Shown one piece after another: positions 16,684 through 27,900 of a stretch of DNA of 64,000 nt. A program made the translations under genes and the position numbers. The DNA comes from an uncultured Candidatus Sumerlaeota bacterium (GTDB lineage: Bacteria > CAYMEV01), in contig CAYMEV010000007.1 in the NCBI GenBank assembly GCA_964389675.1, positions 1 to 64,000 of the forward strand. Reading direction: 5' to 3'. Within the stretch, counting starts at the first letter, position 1. Every line of letters begins with the position of its first letter. The notes below the pieces were generated by a model. The model was not told where the DNA came from, did not search any database, and worked only from the letters and a program-made list of their open reading frames with translations.

Positions 16684-19185
16684 TTATCCCGGCAGGTTTT
16701 CCCAGATACCGCTGTAGTATTGCCATGAGTCATCTTTGCAGCTGTAGTAGAGTGTAATTATAAGGTTTCCGAGAATATCCGACTTTTCGATAAGCTTTTT
16801 ATATTCTATGCTGAACAGATATTCAGGTGGAGGATCAGGATATGGAGTACCGCCTATCCAATTAAACACCTCTTTTTTCAGTGAGGATTTTATCCTGATT
16901 GAAAGGCGTTGAACCATCTCGCGGTCATAATCCCCGAAAAGGAAGATATGATCCTCTTTATCATTAGAGAGCAATTCTAAAGCAATGTTTTTAAGCATCA
17001 CAATATCGGGTGTTATTTCTGCCCATTCGAGGGGGTAGTTATTCAGGATTAATTTCTTATGAAGGCTGTATTTCCCCTTAAGATCAAGTTCTGCCAGAAA
17101 ACACTGAGTCTCTGTATCCGAAACACGGTATCCAGCATGCAGATAGTACAATCCCTGAGGCAGTTCTGCGCAAAGGTCAAAACCTGAGAATCTGGAATCT
17201 GTTTCAATAGGGTAAAAACAGCCGTTTTTAAATACAGTAAAAGTATACTGGCTGTCTTTTAAGATTATCGGCTGGCTGAACTCATCGAAAAAGGATACCT
17301 TGATCAGTGCCTTTTGAATTCTTCTGGATGTTTCAGATGAAAATTGTCTTTCGGAATAATCAAAATCCTGCCACCTTCCATTATAATATACCAGTATAGT
17401 GCCAGGATTTCTCGAGAATACTGCAGGGATAAAATTTTGCCTTAACAGGTAGACCAGGAGTATCTTGAACTGATTTTCAGTGATATGCTTTTTACCAATG
17501 ATTATATCCGGTGGCAGAAGGCCATCTATTGCTTTATCCGGATTAATATCATAATTATTCAGCATATATTCGGAAATCATTGAAATTGCTTGTCCTTTAT
17601 CTACATTACGCCACTGCAGCATTTCTGGCTTTAAGCGGTTTAGCGGCAATTCTTCAAAGAATACTCCCGGCTCGAGGATAATAGACATTTCTTCTTCACC
17701 ATACCCCGGCCCGGCTTTTTCAGATTCTATGTAAAAAATATGGTGGTCTGCCAGCTGCCTGGCAGTGCACTGCCATAAAAACTTTTCATCAATGAGATCC
17801 AGGTATTTAAGATAGGACTCATCAGGCTGCGATTGCTCATAAAAATGCCTGAATACTTCCTTGTTATTCCTGAATTTAGCCCAAATAACCCCTAAAATGG
17901 CAGGTCCCTCAGCAAAATCAATCTTTGAGCCCTGATATGACCCTACCAGATCATCATATTCACTTCTTATGCTGTCTGTAATACTCTTCCAGTTTTCCGG
18001 CTCAGGCTGATCATCAGATGATATACGGTTCTGAGGGTATTTTAGCTCATAGTGTCTGTCGCCTATTTTCCCAGGAAGAATAAGCTCAAAAACTGCATCC
18101 TGATAACCGGGAGGGATATCTAAAATACAGCAGTCAGAATTATTACAGGCGGTCACAATAAATGAGCCTGTCCCCAGGTCCAGGGATATCATGTTTGAAT
18201 CTTTGCTGTCTATCTTCAGGACAGGCCTTAGCATGCCCCAGTTAAATACATTTATATGAAAACTGGTATTAAATAGTGGATTGCCCTGTTTATCCAGAGC
18301 TTTCAGCTTAATATTTCTAATACCAGCCTTGCTGTCTGTATAATAATTTGCAGTAGAATTAATGAAATGGATATTTCCAGCTTTGAACAGACTGATATCT
18401 GTTATATCAGGTAAAAATCCCCTTGCAATTACTATCAGGGCTTTATCAAGGTTTGATGTGAACCATGCTTTGTTCAGGCAGTATTCTGGCTCTGCAGCTC
18501 CAAGATAATGCCATCTGCCATCGATGAATACCTCAACCCATGCATGATTGTTGTCAGTATGTGCCCATAAGGGAGTAGATGCAGGCCTGGACGGAATGCC
18601 TATGCTTCTTGCTGCAGATATGAAAAAGATCTGCATTTCCTCACACCTTCCCCTGTTGCACTTATTCAATATGGATATAGGGTCCATATCCCTGCCTGAT
18701 GTCGGCTGGAAGGTCATATGTCCTCTGCACCAAAGATTAAGCGCTATGGCTCTTTTATAGAGGCTTTCATTATTGTCTGCGAGTTCATTAATGCCCCTTT
18801 TATAAAATTCATCCCTGTAGGGGGTTATCTTTTCATCAGTTACTGTGATTTTTGCAATGTATGAGAGAAAAAATTCTGCGGAATAATTATTATCATACAT
18901 ATGCCATTGATATTTCTTTATATGTTCATAATGAGCCTCAATATGCTCCAGATCTGCAATTTCAAGCTTATAGGGCTCCTCGGATGCAATAAGGAAACTC
19001 ATCAGGATATCATTGTATTTATGCAATAGTAGCTTACAGGCATCTCTTTTGCTTTCATCGAGATTTTCTATATTATCCAGCGCCATTTTATTAAGCTGAT
19101 TAAATAAGCTGTCCTGTGAAAAGGAAATAGGGATGCAAAATATTAGAATTATAGTGAATAAAGGCAAAACAAGCTTGATTTTCAT
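16684..19185 (-). CDS. secreted transglutaminase-like domain protein
   Basis: Signal peptide; GRCEE...RSIGIPSR...NHAWVEVFIDGRWHYLGAAEP; degenerate second copy LRQNFIPA...YYNGRWQDFD. Confidence 0.85.
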   Translation of the reverse strand: MKIKLVLPLFTIILIFCIPISFSQDSLFNQLNKMALDNIENLDESKRDACKLLLHKYNDILMSFLIASEEPYKLEIADLEHIEAHYEHIKKYQWHMYDNNYSAEFFLSYIAKITVTDEKITPYRDEFYKRGINELADNNESLYKRAIALNLWCRGHMTFQPTSGRDMDPISILNKCNRGRCEEMQIFFISAARSIGIPSRPASTPLWAHTDNNHAWVEVFIDGRWHYLGAAEPEYCLNKAWFTSNLDKALIVIARGFLPDITDISLFKAGNIHFINSTANYYTDSKAGIRNIKLKALDKQGNPLFNTSFHINVFNWGMLRPVLKIDSKDSNMISLDLGTGSFIVTACNNSDCCILDIPPGYQDAVFELILPGKIGDRHYELKYPQNRISSDDQPEPENWKSITDSIRSEYDDLVGSYQGSKIDFAEGPAILGVIWAKFRNNKEVFRHFYEQSQPDESYLKYLDLIDEKFLWQCTARQLADHHIFYIESEKAGPGYGEEEMSIILEPGVFFEELPLNRLKPEMLQWRNVDKGQAISMISEYMLNNYDINPDKAIDGLLPPDIIIGKKHITENQFKILLVYLLRQNFIPAVFSRNPGTILVYYNGRWQDFDYSERQFSSETSRRIQKALIKVSFFDEFSQPIILKDSQYTFTVFKNGCFYPIETDSRFSGFDLCAELPQGLYYLHAGYRVSDTETQCFLAELDLKGKYSLHKKLILNNYPLEWAEITPDIVMLKNIALELLSNDKEDHIFLFGDYDREMVQRLSIRIKSSLKKEVFNWIGGTPYPDPPPEYLFSIEYKKLIEKSDILGNLIITLYYSCKDDSWQYYSGIWENLPG

Positions 19186-19252
19186 AACAGCCCCCTTCTG
19201 TCTAAAGCTGCAGATTATATTTCATATATTATATCAGGTAAAAATTGGCTCT

Positions 19253-20287
19253 TTATGCTTTGCCATGCGGCTCTATTATTATTTTCAGGCTGTCCGCCCC
19301 TGATGAGGCTGTTTTAAATGCCTTCTGAATATCCTCAAGAGGCATCCGGTGGGTTATCATATCATCAATACTGACATTTTTCTCCCGCAGAAGCTCCATT
19401 GCCTGGACATTATCAGCAGGTGCCGCTCCATAACTGGTTTTTATGCTTATGTCATATCTCCAGTATGGATTAAAATCAATGGGAACTGTCTCGCCTGGCT
19501 TTGGTACCGCAAATAATACGACCGTACCACCCCGCTCTACGGATGATAATCCCTGTGATACCGCAGAAACCGCGCCAGTGCAGATAATTACCCTGTCAGC
19601 AAGCCTGCCGCCATTTACACTTCTTATGCAGGATGGTATGTCTTCTGATGCATGAAATACAGCTTCTGCTCCCGATCTTTTTGCTGCATCAAGCCTGTAT
19701 TCATTAATGTCAGTGGCTATTACCCTGCCAGCGCCAAGAGCTTTTGCAAGCCGGATATTCAGTATGCCGCCTATCCCGCTCCCAAGTACAAGAACACTGT
19801 CGCCCGGTTTTATCGATGCGGCCCTCATGCACCTCACAGCTGTTCCGAATGGCTCTATAAATGTTCCCTGTTCATAACTCAGCTCATCGGGAAGGAGAAA
19901 AGTCCCTGTATCAATGCTTCTTCCGGTGATCCTGAGGTACTGCGAAAAACCTCCAGGGTAATGATTGTTTTTTGTCTGAAAGTATTCACAGGCTGTTTCA
20001 TTACCGTTAATACAATATCTGCAAATATTGCAGGGTACATGGTGTGTTGAGAAGACACGGTCCCCTGGCTTGAACTTTTTTATATTGCTGCCCGCATCTA
20101 CCACAATACCTGTAAGTTCGTGTCCCAGAACCAGCGGTGCCCTCCTGATCCTGTACCATTCCAGGATATCGCTTCCGCATATGCCGCATGCCATTACCTT
20201 TATAACGATATCATCCGGCCCTGCTTCTGGTTCAGGAAGTTCTTCAACCCTGACATCATTGTTATTATAATACATTCCGACCAGCAT
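19253..20287 (-). CDS. zinc-dependent (MDR) alcohol/polyol dehydrogenase
   Basis: CGICGSD, LGHE, CNICRYCINGNETAC structural Zn site, VLGSGIGG. Confidence 0.92.
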   Translation of the reverse strand: MLVGMYYNNNDVRVEELPEPEAGPDDIVIKVMACGICGSDILEWYRIRRAPLVLGHELTGIVVDAGSNIKKFKPGDRVFSTHHVPCNICRYCINGNETACEYFQTKNNHYPGGFSQYLRITGRSIDTGTFLLPDELSYEQGTFIEPFGTAVRCMRAASIKPGDSVLVLGSGIGGILNIRLAKALGAGRVIATDINEYRLDAAKRSGAEAVFHASEDIPSCIRSVNGGRLADRVIICTGAVSAVSQGLSSVERGGTVVLFAVPKPGETVPIDFNPYWRYDISIKTSYGAAPADNVQAMELLREKNVSIDDMITHRMPLEDIQKAFKTASSGADSLKIIIEPHGKA

Positions 20288-20301
20288 AAACTGCCCCTTT
20301 T

Positions 20302-21183
20302 CTAATCTTTTTTGATGAAGCTGTTATAAAGATCATAAGCCTCTTCAGCTGAATTTCCTTCATGGACTATTGCCCTGACCGCCTTTATCATTGCAACAGG
20401 GTTTTCATTCTGGAAGATATTCCTGCCCATATCGACACCGATTGCCCCTGCCCTGATTGCTTTATGGACGAAATCAAGTGCTTCTCTGGTGGGCTTTTTA
20501 GTCCCACCTGCAATAACGATAGGTGCAAGGCAGGATTCTACTATTTCTTCAAAGCCGTCACAGTAATATGTTTTTACTATATCTGCCCCATCTTCTGAAA
20601 GTACTCTGGATGCATGCTTGAGATATTTTAATGCATCTTCTCTGTCCTGTTTCGTAAGTTCACCCCCGTCTTCCCTTTCTCCCTTTACAAACCTGGTGAG
20701 AACAGGATCATTTCCTACTGCGGTTATCCCTATAGCAATAAGCCCGAACCTGTGTGCTTCGTTGGCCAGGCTTGTGAGGTTCCCTATGGTCTGAGACTGG
20801 TGAGGAAGACCTATATAGCAGGAAGCAGTGAACCCCACAGCATTGCATCTTATCATTTCCTGCACTGATACGGTTACTATTTCCTCATCAAGTTCGGCTG
20901 ACCTTCTCATGCTGTTCCCGCCTGTCGCCCTGAGTATAATGGGGGTCCTCATTCCCGGGTCCATGCTGGTCTTCAATCCCCCTATAGTGGGGCTTATTGC
21001 ATCGCAGAAAGGCAGCAGGGGGGCTATTGTGCTTCTCAGGTCCTCCAGCCCGGCAGGCGCTCCCTGGAAATACCCGTGATCTACCGCCAGAAGCACAGTC
21101 CTTCCAGATTCCGGGTTGACTATCTGGGCGATTCTGTTAGTAAGTCCATTCCATTCAATCTGGTAGTCGAAAATTTTTCTCAT
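20302..21183 (-). CDS. LsrF-like class I aldolase/thiolase (DeoC/FbaB family)
   Basis: LAVDHGYFQG, GADIVKTYY, PIVIAGG, GVDMGRNIFQ; start moved to ATG 21183 after GGAGG. Confidence 0.88.
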   Translation of the reverse strand: MRKIFDYQIEWNGLTNRIAQIVNPESGRTVLLAVDHGYFQGAPAGLEDLRSTIAPLLPFCDAISPTIGGLKTSMDPGMRTPIILRATGGNSMRRSAELDEEIVTVSVQEMIRCNAVGFTASCYIGLPHQSQTIGNLTSLANEAHRFGLIAIGITAVGNDPVLTRFVKGEREDGGELTKQDREDALKYLKHASRVLSEDGADIVKTYYCDGFEEIVESCLAPIVIAGGTKKPTREALDFVHKAIRAGAIGVDMGRNIFQNENPVAMIKAVRAIVHEGNSAEEAYDLYNSFIKKD

Positions 21184-21477
21184 ATACAACCTCCATGATT
21201 TAATAATCAGATAGATTGTTGCATTATATACACTATGACGCTGTTTTAAAGAAAATAAAGAAAACTGTGATGTATACGCATGTGTATAGGGGTTCTCCTA
21301 AATATGCCAGGATCAGTACTGTTTTAAAACAGCTCCGGTTTATGTTTATTTTTGTTAATGCCATATTTAATCTTACAGCAGTGAGATCAATGAAAAGCGC
21401 ATTTATAAAAGATTATTCCTTCATATAAATAAAGGTTAGCTTAAACAACGATTCTAAATATCAAATAAAAAAATTAT

Positions 21478-21505
21478 TTGTAAACCGGCTTAAAAAATAT
21501 ATATT
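21478..21505 (+). promoter_or_regulatory. putative sigma-70 promoter for the PAS kinase
   Basis: TTGTAA-16 bp-TATATT. Confidence 0.4.
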
Positions 21506-21560
21506 GGAAAGAACAGGATACAAAAACTCCGCCTTATGACGGATTTCATAGGTTAGTAAT

Positions 21561-23490
21561 ATGTCCGCATCTGATAATACTAAAAAGGATTATCTGGAAT
21601 TTGCACAGATCTTTGAGCATTTTATGGAGAACAGCCCCATATATGTATTCATAAAGGATGAAGAGATAAGATCGCTTTACCTCAGCCGGAACTATGAGAA
21701 AATGCTTGGAAAACCTCTGGAAGAATTGCTTGGAAAGACAATGGATGAGCTGTTTCCTTCAGCGCTGGCAAAGAGAATGATTGCTGATGACATGCGTATC
21801 CTTAATGAAGGGGAAAATAGTTACTGTTGAAGAAGACTTGAATGGGAGGTTTTACAGGACGACAAAATTCCCGATAAAGAGAGATGGAAAGCCTGTCTAT
21901 CTCGCTGGATATACAATAGATATAACGGAACAGAAAAACGCGGAAAGAAGCCTTATAGAGAGCGAAAAAAGGCACCGGATTATTGCCGAGATGGGATCAG
22001 AGTATCTTTTCAGGCTCAGCGTCAAAGAGGACGGAAATGTTATAATGGACTATGTATCAGACAACTACACTGCAGTGACTGGTAGAACAAGGGAAAAAGC
22101 CGAAACTGTAGAATCATGGAATGATATTATTCATCCGGATGATATACAAAAGCTTCTGGCCCTGCTTGATGAACTGCTTAAGAAACCCGGATCAGCCAAT
22201 TTTGAATGCCGCTCATTTTTGCCCAATGGTTCTGAAAGAATGCTTAATGTTGTAGCAAAATCGGAATGGGATCCTGAAAGCAGAAGAGTTACTGAAATAA
22301 TTGGCGGAGTTCAGGATATCACAGAGCGCAAAAAATATGAAAATGTACTGAGAAACATGCAGAAGCTTGAATCGATCGGGGTTCTCGCAGGGGGTATAGC
22401 ACATGATTTTAACAATCTGATGGGCGGGATCTACGGGAATATTGATATGGCCTGCAGGCTAAACAAGAATGAAGGCATATCTGTATACCTTGAAAATGCT
22501 ATGAGGACCCTGGATAGGACAAGGAGCCTGACCCAGCAGCTTCTGACCTTTGCAAAGGGAGGGGTGCCTGTAATGAAACCCGGGCTGCTTTTCCCATACC
22601 TTGAGGAGACAGTTCATTTTGCTCTCAGCGGTTCAAATTGCCTGGCCAGATTTGATATTGACCAGGACCTGTGGCCATCAAGGTTTGATAGAAATCAGAT
22701 AGGACAGGTTTTTGACAATATCATTATCAATGCCCAGCAGGCTATGCCTTTTGGGGGTGATATGCATGTTTCTGCCAGGAATATTGTGCTTGAGCATGAT
22801 GAACATCCATTTTTGATGAAGGGGGATTATGTAAAAATTTCTGTAAGGGACAGCGGGATCGGTATGACAAAAGATGTTGTTGCGAGGATATTTGATCCGT
22901 TTTTTACTACCAAGAAAAAGGGGCATGGTCTTGGACTTGCAATATGCTCCTCAATCATCAAAAAGCATGGCGGATATATAGATGCTGATTCAGCACCCGG
23001 CAGAGGCAGTGTATTTACTGTTTACCTTCCAGCATGTACGGATGGTATCCCATCCTCAGAGGATAAACCGGATAAAAGCCACTGCGGAAGCGGAAGAATA
23101 CTGGTAATGGATGATGAGGAAGTCATGAGGGAAACTATAAGAGTTATGGTTGAATCTTTTGGATACTCCGTGATATCTTCGGATAATGGACAGGAAGCTT
23201 TAGGGCTCTTTTTGTCAGAAACTGAAGAAGGGCGCGGCTTTGCCGGAATTATACTGGATCTTACGGTTCCCGGAGGCATGGGCGGTAAGGAAGCGGTAAG
23301 GGAGATCAGGAAAGTGGATGGCGAGATCCCTGTCTTTGTCGCAAGTGGATATTCTGATGACCCGGTGGTGAAAGAGCCTTTGGAATTTGGGTTCACTGCA
23401 AGTATATGCAAGCCTTTCATCATTAAGGAGCTTGCAGGAATATTTGAAAAATATATAAAAAAGGGTTCTAAACCTGAAAAGCAGGTTTAA
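21561..23490 (+). pseudogene. PAS-PAS hybrid histidine kinase/receiver, frameshifted in the first PAS domain
   Basis: ORF 21561-21830 (PAS start) and ORF 21781-23490 join as ...ILNEG|KIVTVEEDLNG if one G is removed from GGGG at 21810-21813; AHDFNN, FFTTK, GLGL, DLTVPGGMGG motifs intact. Confidence 0.8.
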
Positions 23491-23755
23491 TAGATACAGA
23501 CTCAAAAATAGGCCTTGTTTTTCAGAAAGCATATTATGTCAATGAGCTGGTTTTCTTCCTGAAGGGATAACAAATCAATCCATATTTCAGTATGTGCAGG
23601 AGGATAGTGAGAGCGGAGCTTCATCCGCATTAATGTAATTGAAACAAATCATTTGAAAAAACAGTATAAGGGGAAGAATTTTATTTATGAAAATAATTAT
23701 ACCTGTAATAAATTAAGGGGAGATTTCTTTTAAAGAATTCCTGAGGAGTCCATAA

Positions 23756-24955
23756 ATGAAGAAAAGAATAATCATAATAGCGGGTTTATTTGTCGTTATT
23801 CTGGTTTTATGGCAGGTAATCCGGAAAGCAACAATGGATCAGGGGGGGCCAGGAAACGGGGGGCATGTTGCGATAGCTGTTGAAACGGGCCCTGTGCTGA
23901 GGGGAGATATAAGCAATCTAAAGCTTTTTACAGGATCCCTCCAGGCAAGGTCAGAGTTCATCGTCGCTCCCAAGGTCTCAGGAAGGCTGGAAAAGCTTTA
24001 TGTAAACATGGGAGATGCTGTCAGGAGAGGGCAGATGATAGCAAAGCTTGACAGCCAGGAATATGAACAGAATGTTGAGCAGGCAAGGGCTGAGCTCAAA
24101 GTTGCCGAGGCAAACCTGGCTGAAAGCATGAGCGCCCTGGATGTGGCAGAAAGGGAGCTTGAAAGGATAAGGGTCCTTCGCGATAAGAAGATAGCTTCGG
24201 AATCAGAGATGGATGAGGCTAATGCCAGCTACCAGGCAAGGTATGCTGAATACAGGGTAGCCATGGCGCAGGTCGAACAGAGAGAGGCAGCCTTAAGAGC
24301 AGCAGAGGTAAGGCTTTCCTTTACGCAAATTACTGCATCATGGGAAAATGGAAGCAATACAAGGGTCATCGGAAAGAAGTTCCTGGATGAAGGCACAATG
24401 CTCAGGGCCAATGATTCAATAGTTACAATACTTGATATCGATAATCTGATAGCTGTAATAAATATCACAGAAAAGGATTATACAATGATTAAGGTCGGTC
24501 AGCAGGTTATTATCACATCAGATGCCTACCCCGGCAAAGATTTCAAAGGGAAGATTGTGCGCATGTCCCCTGCATTAAGCCGGACATCCCGTACTGCAAG
24601 TGTGGAGATTGAGGTCCCTAATCATGACCGCATACTGAAACCTGGCATGTTCATTAGAGCTGAGGTTGAGCTTGAAAAGCACCAAAATGCATTACTTGTC
24701 CCTTATGCAGCAATTATTAAAAGAGATGCATTGCAGGGAGTATTCCTTATTGATAAAGACGGGGAAAAAGCAGATTTTATTGCTGTTGAGACAGGGATTG
24801 TCACCTCAGACCATGCTGAGATAATAAAGCCTGAAATTGAAGGTTATGTTGTTACACTGGGGCACCATCTTCTTGATGATGGTTCAGAGGTGATTATTCA
24901 GGATAATGCAGAACAGGAAGAAATCTCCTTAAGGAGAAAGGACGCCATTAAGTGA
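23756..24955 (+). CDS. RND efflux periplasmic adaptor (MFP)
   Basis: N-terminal TM anchor, PKVSGRL..GDAV..GQMIAKLD, coiled hairpin, LKPGMF. Confidence 0.93.
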   Translation: MKKRIIIIAGLFVVILVLWQVIRKATMDQGGPGNGGHVAIAVETGPVLRGDISNLKLFTGSLQARSEFIVAPKVSGRLEKLYVNMGDAVRRGQMIAKLDSQEYEQNVEQARAELKVAEANLAESMSALDVAERELERIRVLRDKKIASESEMDEANASYQARYAEYRVAMAQVEQREAALRAAEVRLSFTQITASWENGSNTRVIGKKFLDEGTMLRANDSIVTILDIDNLIAVINITEKDYTMIKVGQQVIITSDAYPGKDFKGKIVRMSPALSRTSRTASVEIEVPNHDRILKPGMFIRAEVELEKHQNALLVPYAAIIKRDALQGVFLIDKDGEKADFIAVETGIVTSDHAEIIKPEIEGYVVTLGHHLLDDGSEVIIQDNAEQEEISLRRKDAIK

Positions 24956-27900
24956 AGGTCTCAAGGTTTTCAGTAAACCGCCCCAGGCTTACCATGATGG
25001 TTTGCCTGATTATTTTTATAATTGGGGGTATGGCTTTCAGAAGGCTTCCAATTGACCTGATGCCTGATATCACCTACCCCACTCTCAGCGTCTATGCCAA
25101 TTATGAGAATGCAAGCCCCGAGGAGATCGAGGAGCTCGTAACCCGTCCTATTGAAGAAGCAATGAGTGCAGTTCCTGGTGTTGAGGAGGTAACGTCTGAT
25201 TCAGAGGAGGGCAGCAGCAGTGTAAGAGTCTCTTTCTCATGGGGAACAGACCTCGATGCTGCTGCGAGTGATGTGCGTGACAGGCTTGACAGGGTGATAA
25301 GGTCATTGCCTGAGGATATGGATCGGCCTATGCTGAGAAAATTTGACCCATCCAGTATGCCGATAATGATTATGGGGGCTTCTAGCAATCTTGACTCTAT
25401 TCAGATAAGGCGAATTATAGATGATCAGGTCAAGTACAGGATAGAGCGTGTTCCCGGTGTGGCTGCACTCGATGTCTGGGGTGGCCTTGAAAGGGAGATA
25501 CATGTCAATCTGGATGTTGACAAGGTAAAAGCAAGAGGGATACCGCTTGATCAGGTTTTAGGCTCAATAAGCGCTGCAAAGGTTACATTACCGGCCGGAA
25601 ATGTAGAACACGGAAACTATCAGATCATAGTACGCACACCGGGTGAATATACTGATTTAACACAGATCAGAGAAACCGTAGTCGCAGAAAAGGATGGTGT
25701 GTTTGTCCAGCTGAAGGATATTGCAGATATTGAGGATACACATCAGAAAATTACACGTATAGTAAGGGTTAATGGCAAGCCCGGAATACAGCTCTCTATT
25801 ACTAAGCAATCAGGCAAAAATACTGTTGAAGTTGCTGAAAGGGTCCTTCAGGAGGTAAAAAATATCAACAGGGATATTCCCCAGATAAGGCTTATACCTA
25901 TTATTGACTCGTCAGATTATATTAAGAGGTCCATATCCTCTGTAAGTTCTTCAGCTATTTACGGCGGGATTTTTGCAGTATTTGTCCTTCTCTTTTTTCT
26001 GAGGAATATAAGAAGCACAGCAATAGTAGCTGTTGCTATCCCCCTTTCCGTTGTGGCTACTTTCGTCCTGATTTATTTTTACGGATTTACTATCAATATT
26101 ATGACATTAGGCGGGCTTGCCCTTGGAATTGGCATGCTTGTGGATAATTCCATCGTAGTCCTTGAGAATATATACCGTCTTCAGGAAAGCGGCCTTAAAT
26201 CAAAACAGGCTGCAATTCAAGGGAGTGAAGAGGTTGCAAGTGCTGTTATTGCAAGTACTCTTACAACTGTAGCAATCTTTCTGCCGCTTATTTTTGTTGA
26301 AGGCATGTCAGGTGTCATGTTCAAACAGCTTGCAATAGTGGTGAGTTTCGCTCTGCTGTGTTCCCTGTTAGTATCGCTTGCTGTAATACCAATGCTGGCT
26401 TCAAAGTATCTGAGGCATGTCGGTATCGAGCATTTTAAAAAGGATACTATCTTTAAGAAATTATTCAGAACCAGCAGCAGGATGCTGGCAGGTCTTGAAA
26501 ATTTGTACAGGAACATACTGCAATATGCACTTGTACATCGTGCAAGGGTGCTTATCGGAGCTGCATTTATTCTTATCCTGAGCCTTCTGATGATATCTTT
26601 TATAGGGGTAGAGCTTATGCCACAGGGTGATGAGGGTGAGGTCAGGGTATACGGTGATCTGGAGGTTGGTACGAGGCTTTCATTAACTGATGAAAAATTC
26701 AAATATATAGATAAGGTTGTTACTGGTGAAGTGCCTGAGATCAAAAGCATGGTAACGAGTATTGGCGGATGGTCTGAGACCCATGAGGGAAGCATACGCA
26801 TATCGCTTGTCCCTCAATCGGAAAGGAGCCGTTCCAGTGAGGAGATAGCCCAGGAGCTGCGTAAAAGGCTTTCAGGGATTCCCGGAATGAGCATAAGGAC
26901 ACGCGCAGGTACCGGCATGTTTACAAGGATGCTTGCCGGACGTGGGGGAGGAAGTGAAAGGATAGAGATAGAGATAAGGGGATTTGACCTGAATATAGCT
27001 GATAATCTTGCAAAACAGATAGAGGATGCTGTGAAGGAAGTCGAGGGGATCACTGATACCCGTATAAGCCGTGAAACCGGCAAACCAGAATACCTTGTTA
27101 ATGTAAACAGGGAAAGAGCTGCTGATATGAAGCTTACCGTCGCATCAATTGCCCGCATGCTTCAGACTTCCATCGGGGGAAGTACTGCAGGTTATTACAG
27201 GGAGGATGGTAATGAATACAGGATCCTTGTCAGGCTTAAGGATGCAGAGAACCTCGAATTGAATGATATACTCAACCTTACCATATTGAACTCAGACGGA
27301 GAGCCGGTCATACTTAAAAATGTAGTTGATGTTGCAATGCATAGCGGCCCTGTTGAGATTGAACGAAGGGATCAGGAAAGGGTTGTAACGGTGACTGCAA
27401 ACTATGCTGAAAGGGATATGGGCTCAATCCTGGGTGATATTAAGGACCGTCTGCAGGAAATTCCTGTACCCAGAGGGTTTGACATAGGATTTACAGGAGA
27501 ATATGAACAGCAGCAGGAAACCTTCGGTGAGCTTGCTGTAGTCATGGTACTTGCGCTGTTAATAGTCTATATGGTAATGGTCTCACTATATGAGTCATTC
27601 CGGGATCCTTTCGTGGTAATGTTCTCCATTCCTCCCGCAGCTATTGGAGTTGTCTGGATGCTTTTTATTACAGGGACGACATTCAATATGCAGTCCATTA
27701 TCGGCTGTATTATGCTGGCAGGGATTGTCGTCAATAATGCCATTGTACTTGTTGACCATATAAACCTGCTCCGTGTACGAGATAAAATGCCCCTGAAAGA
27801 TGCAATAGAGGAAGCTGGCAGAAGAAGGCTGCGCCCGATACTTATGACGGCCTTTACAACCATACTTGCTCTCACTCCGATGGCTACAGGCTTTGGAGAA

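Noticed and set aside
14379..19238. Identical 13-mer CCTGATATAATAT upstream of two genes (14379-14391 on +, 19226-19238 on -)
   Set aside because: Explained by an extended -10 element (TGnTATAAT) in AT-rich DNA; no evidence for a separate operator
21216..21428. 70-aa ORF in the lsrF/kinase intergenic region
   Set aside because: TTG start without an SD, overlaps divergent promoter DNA, no motifs
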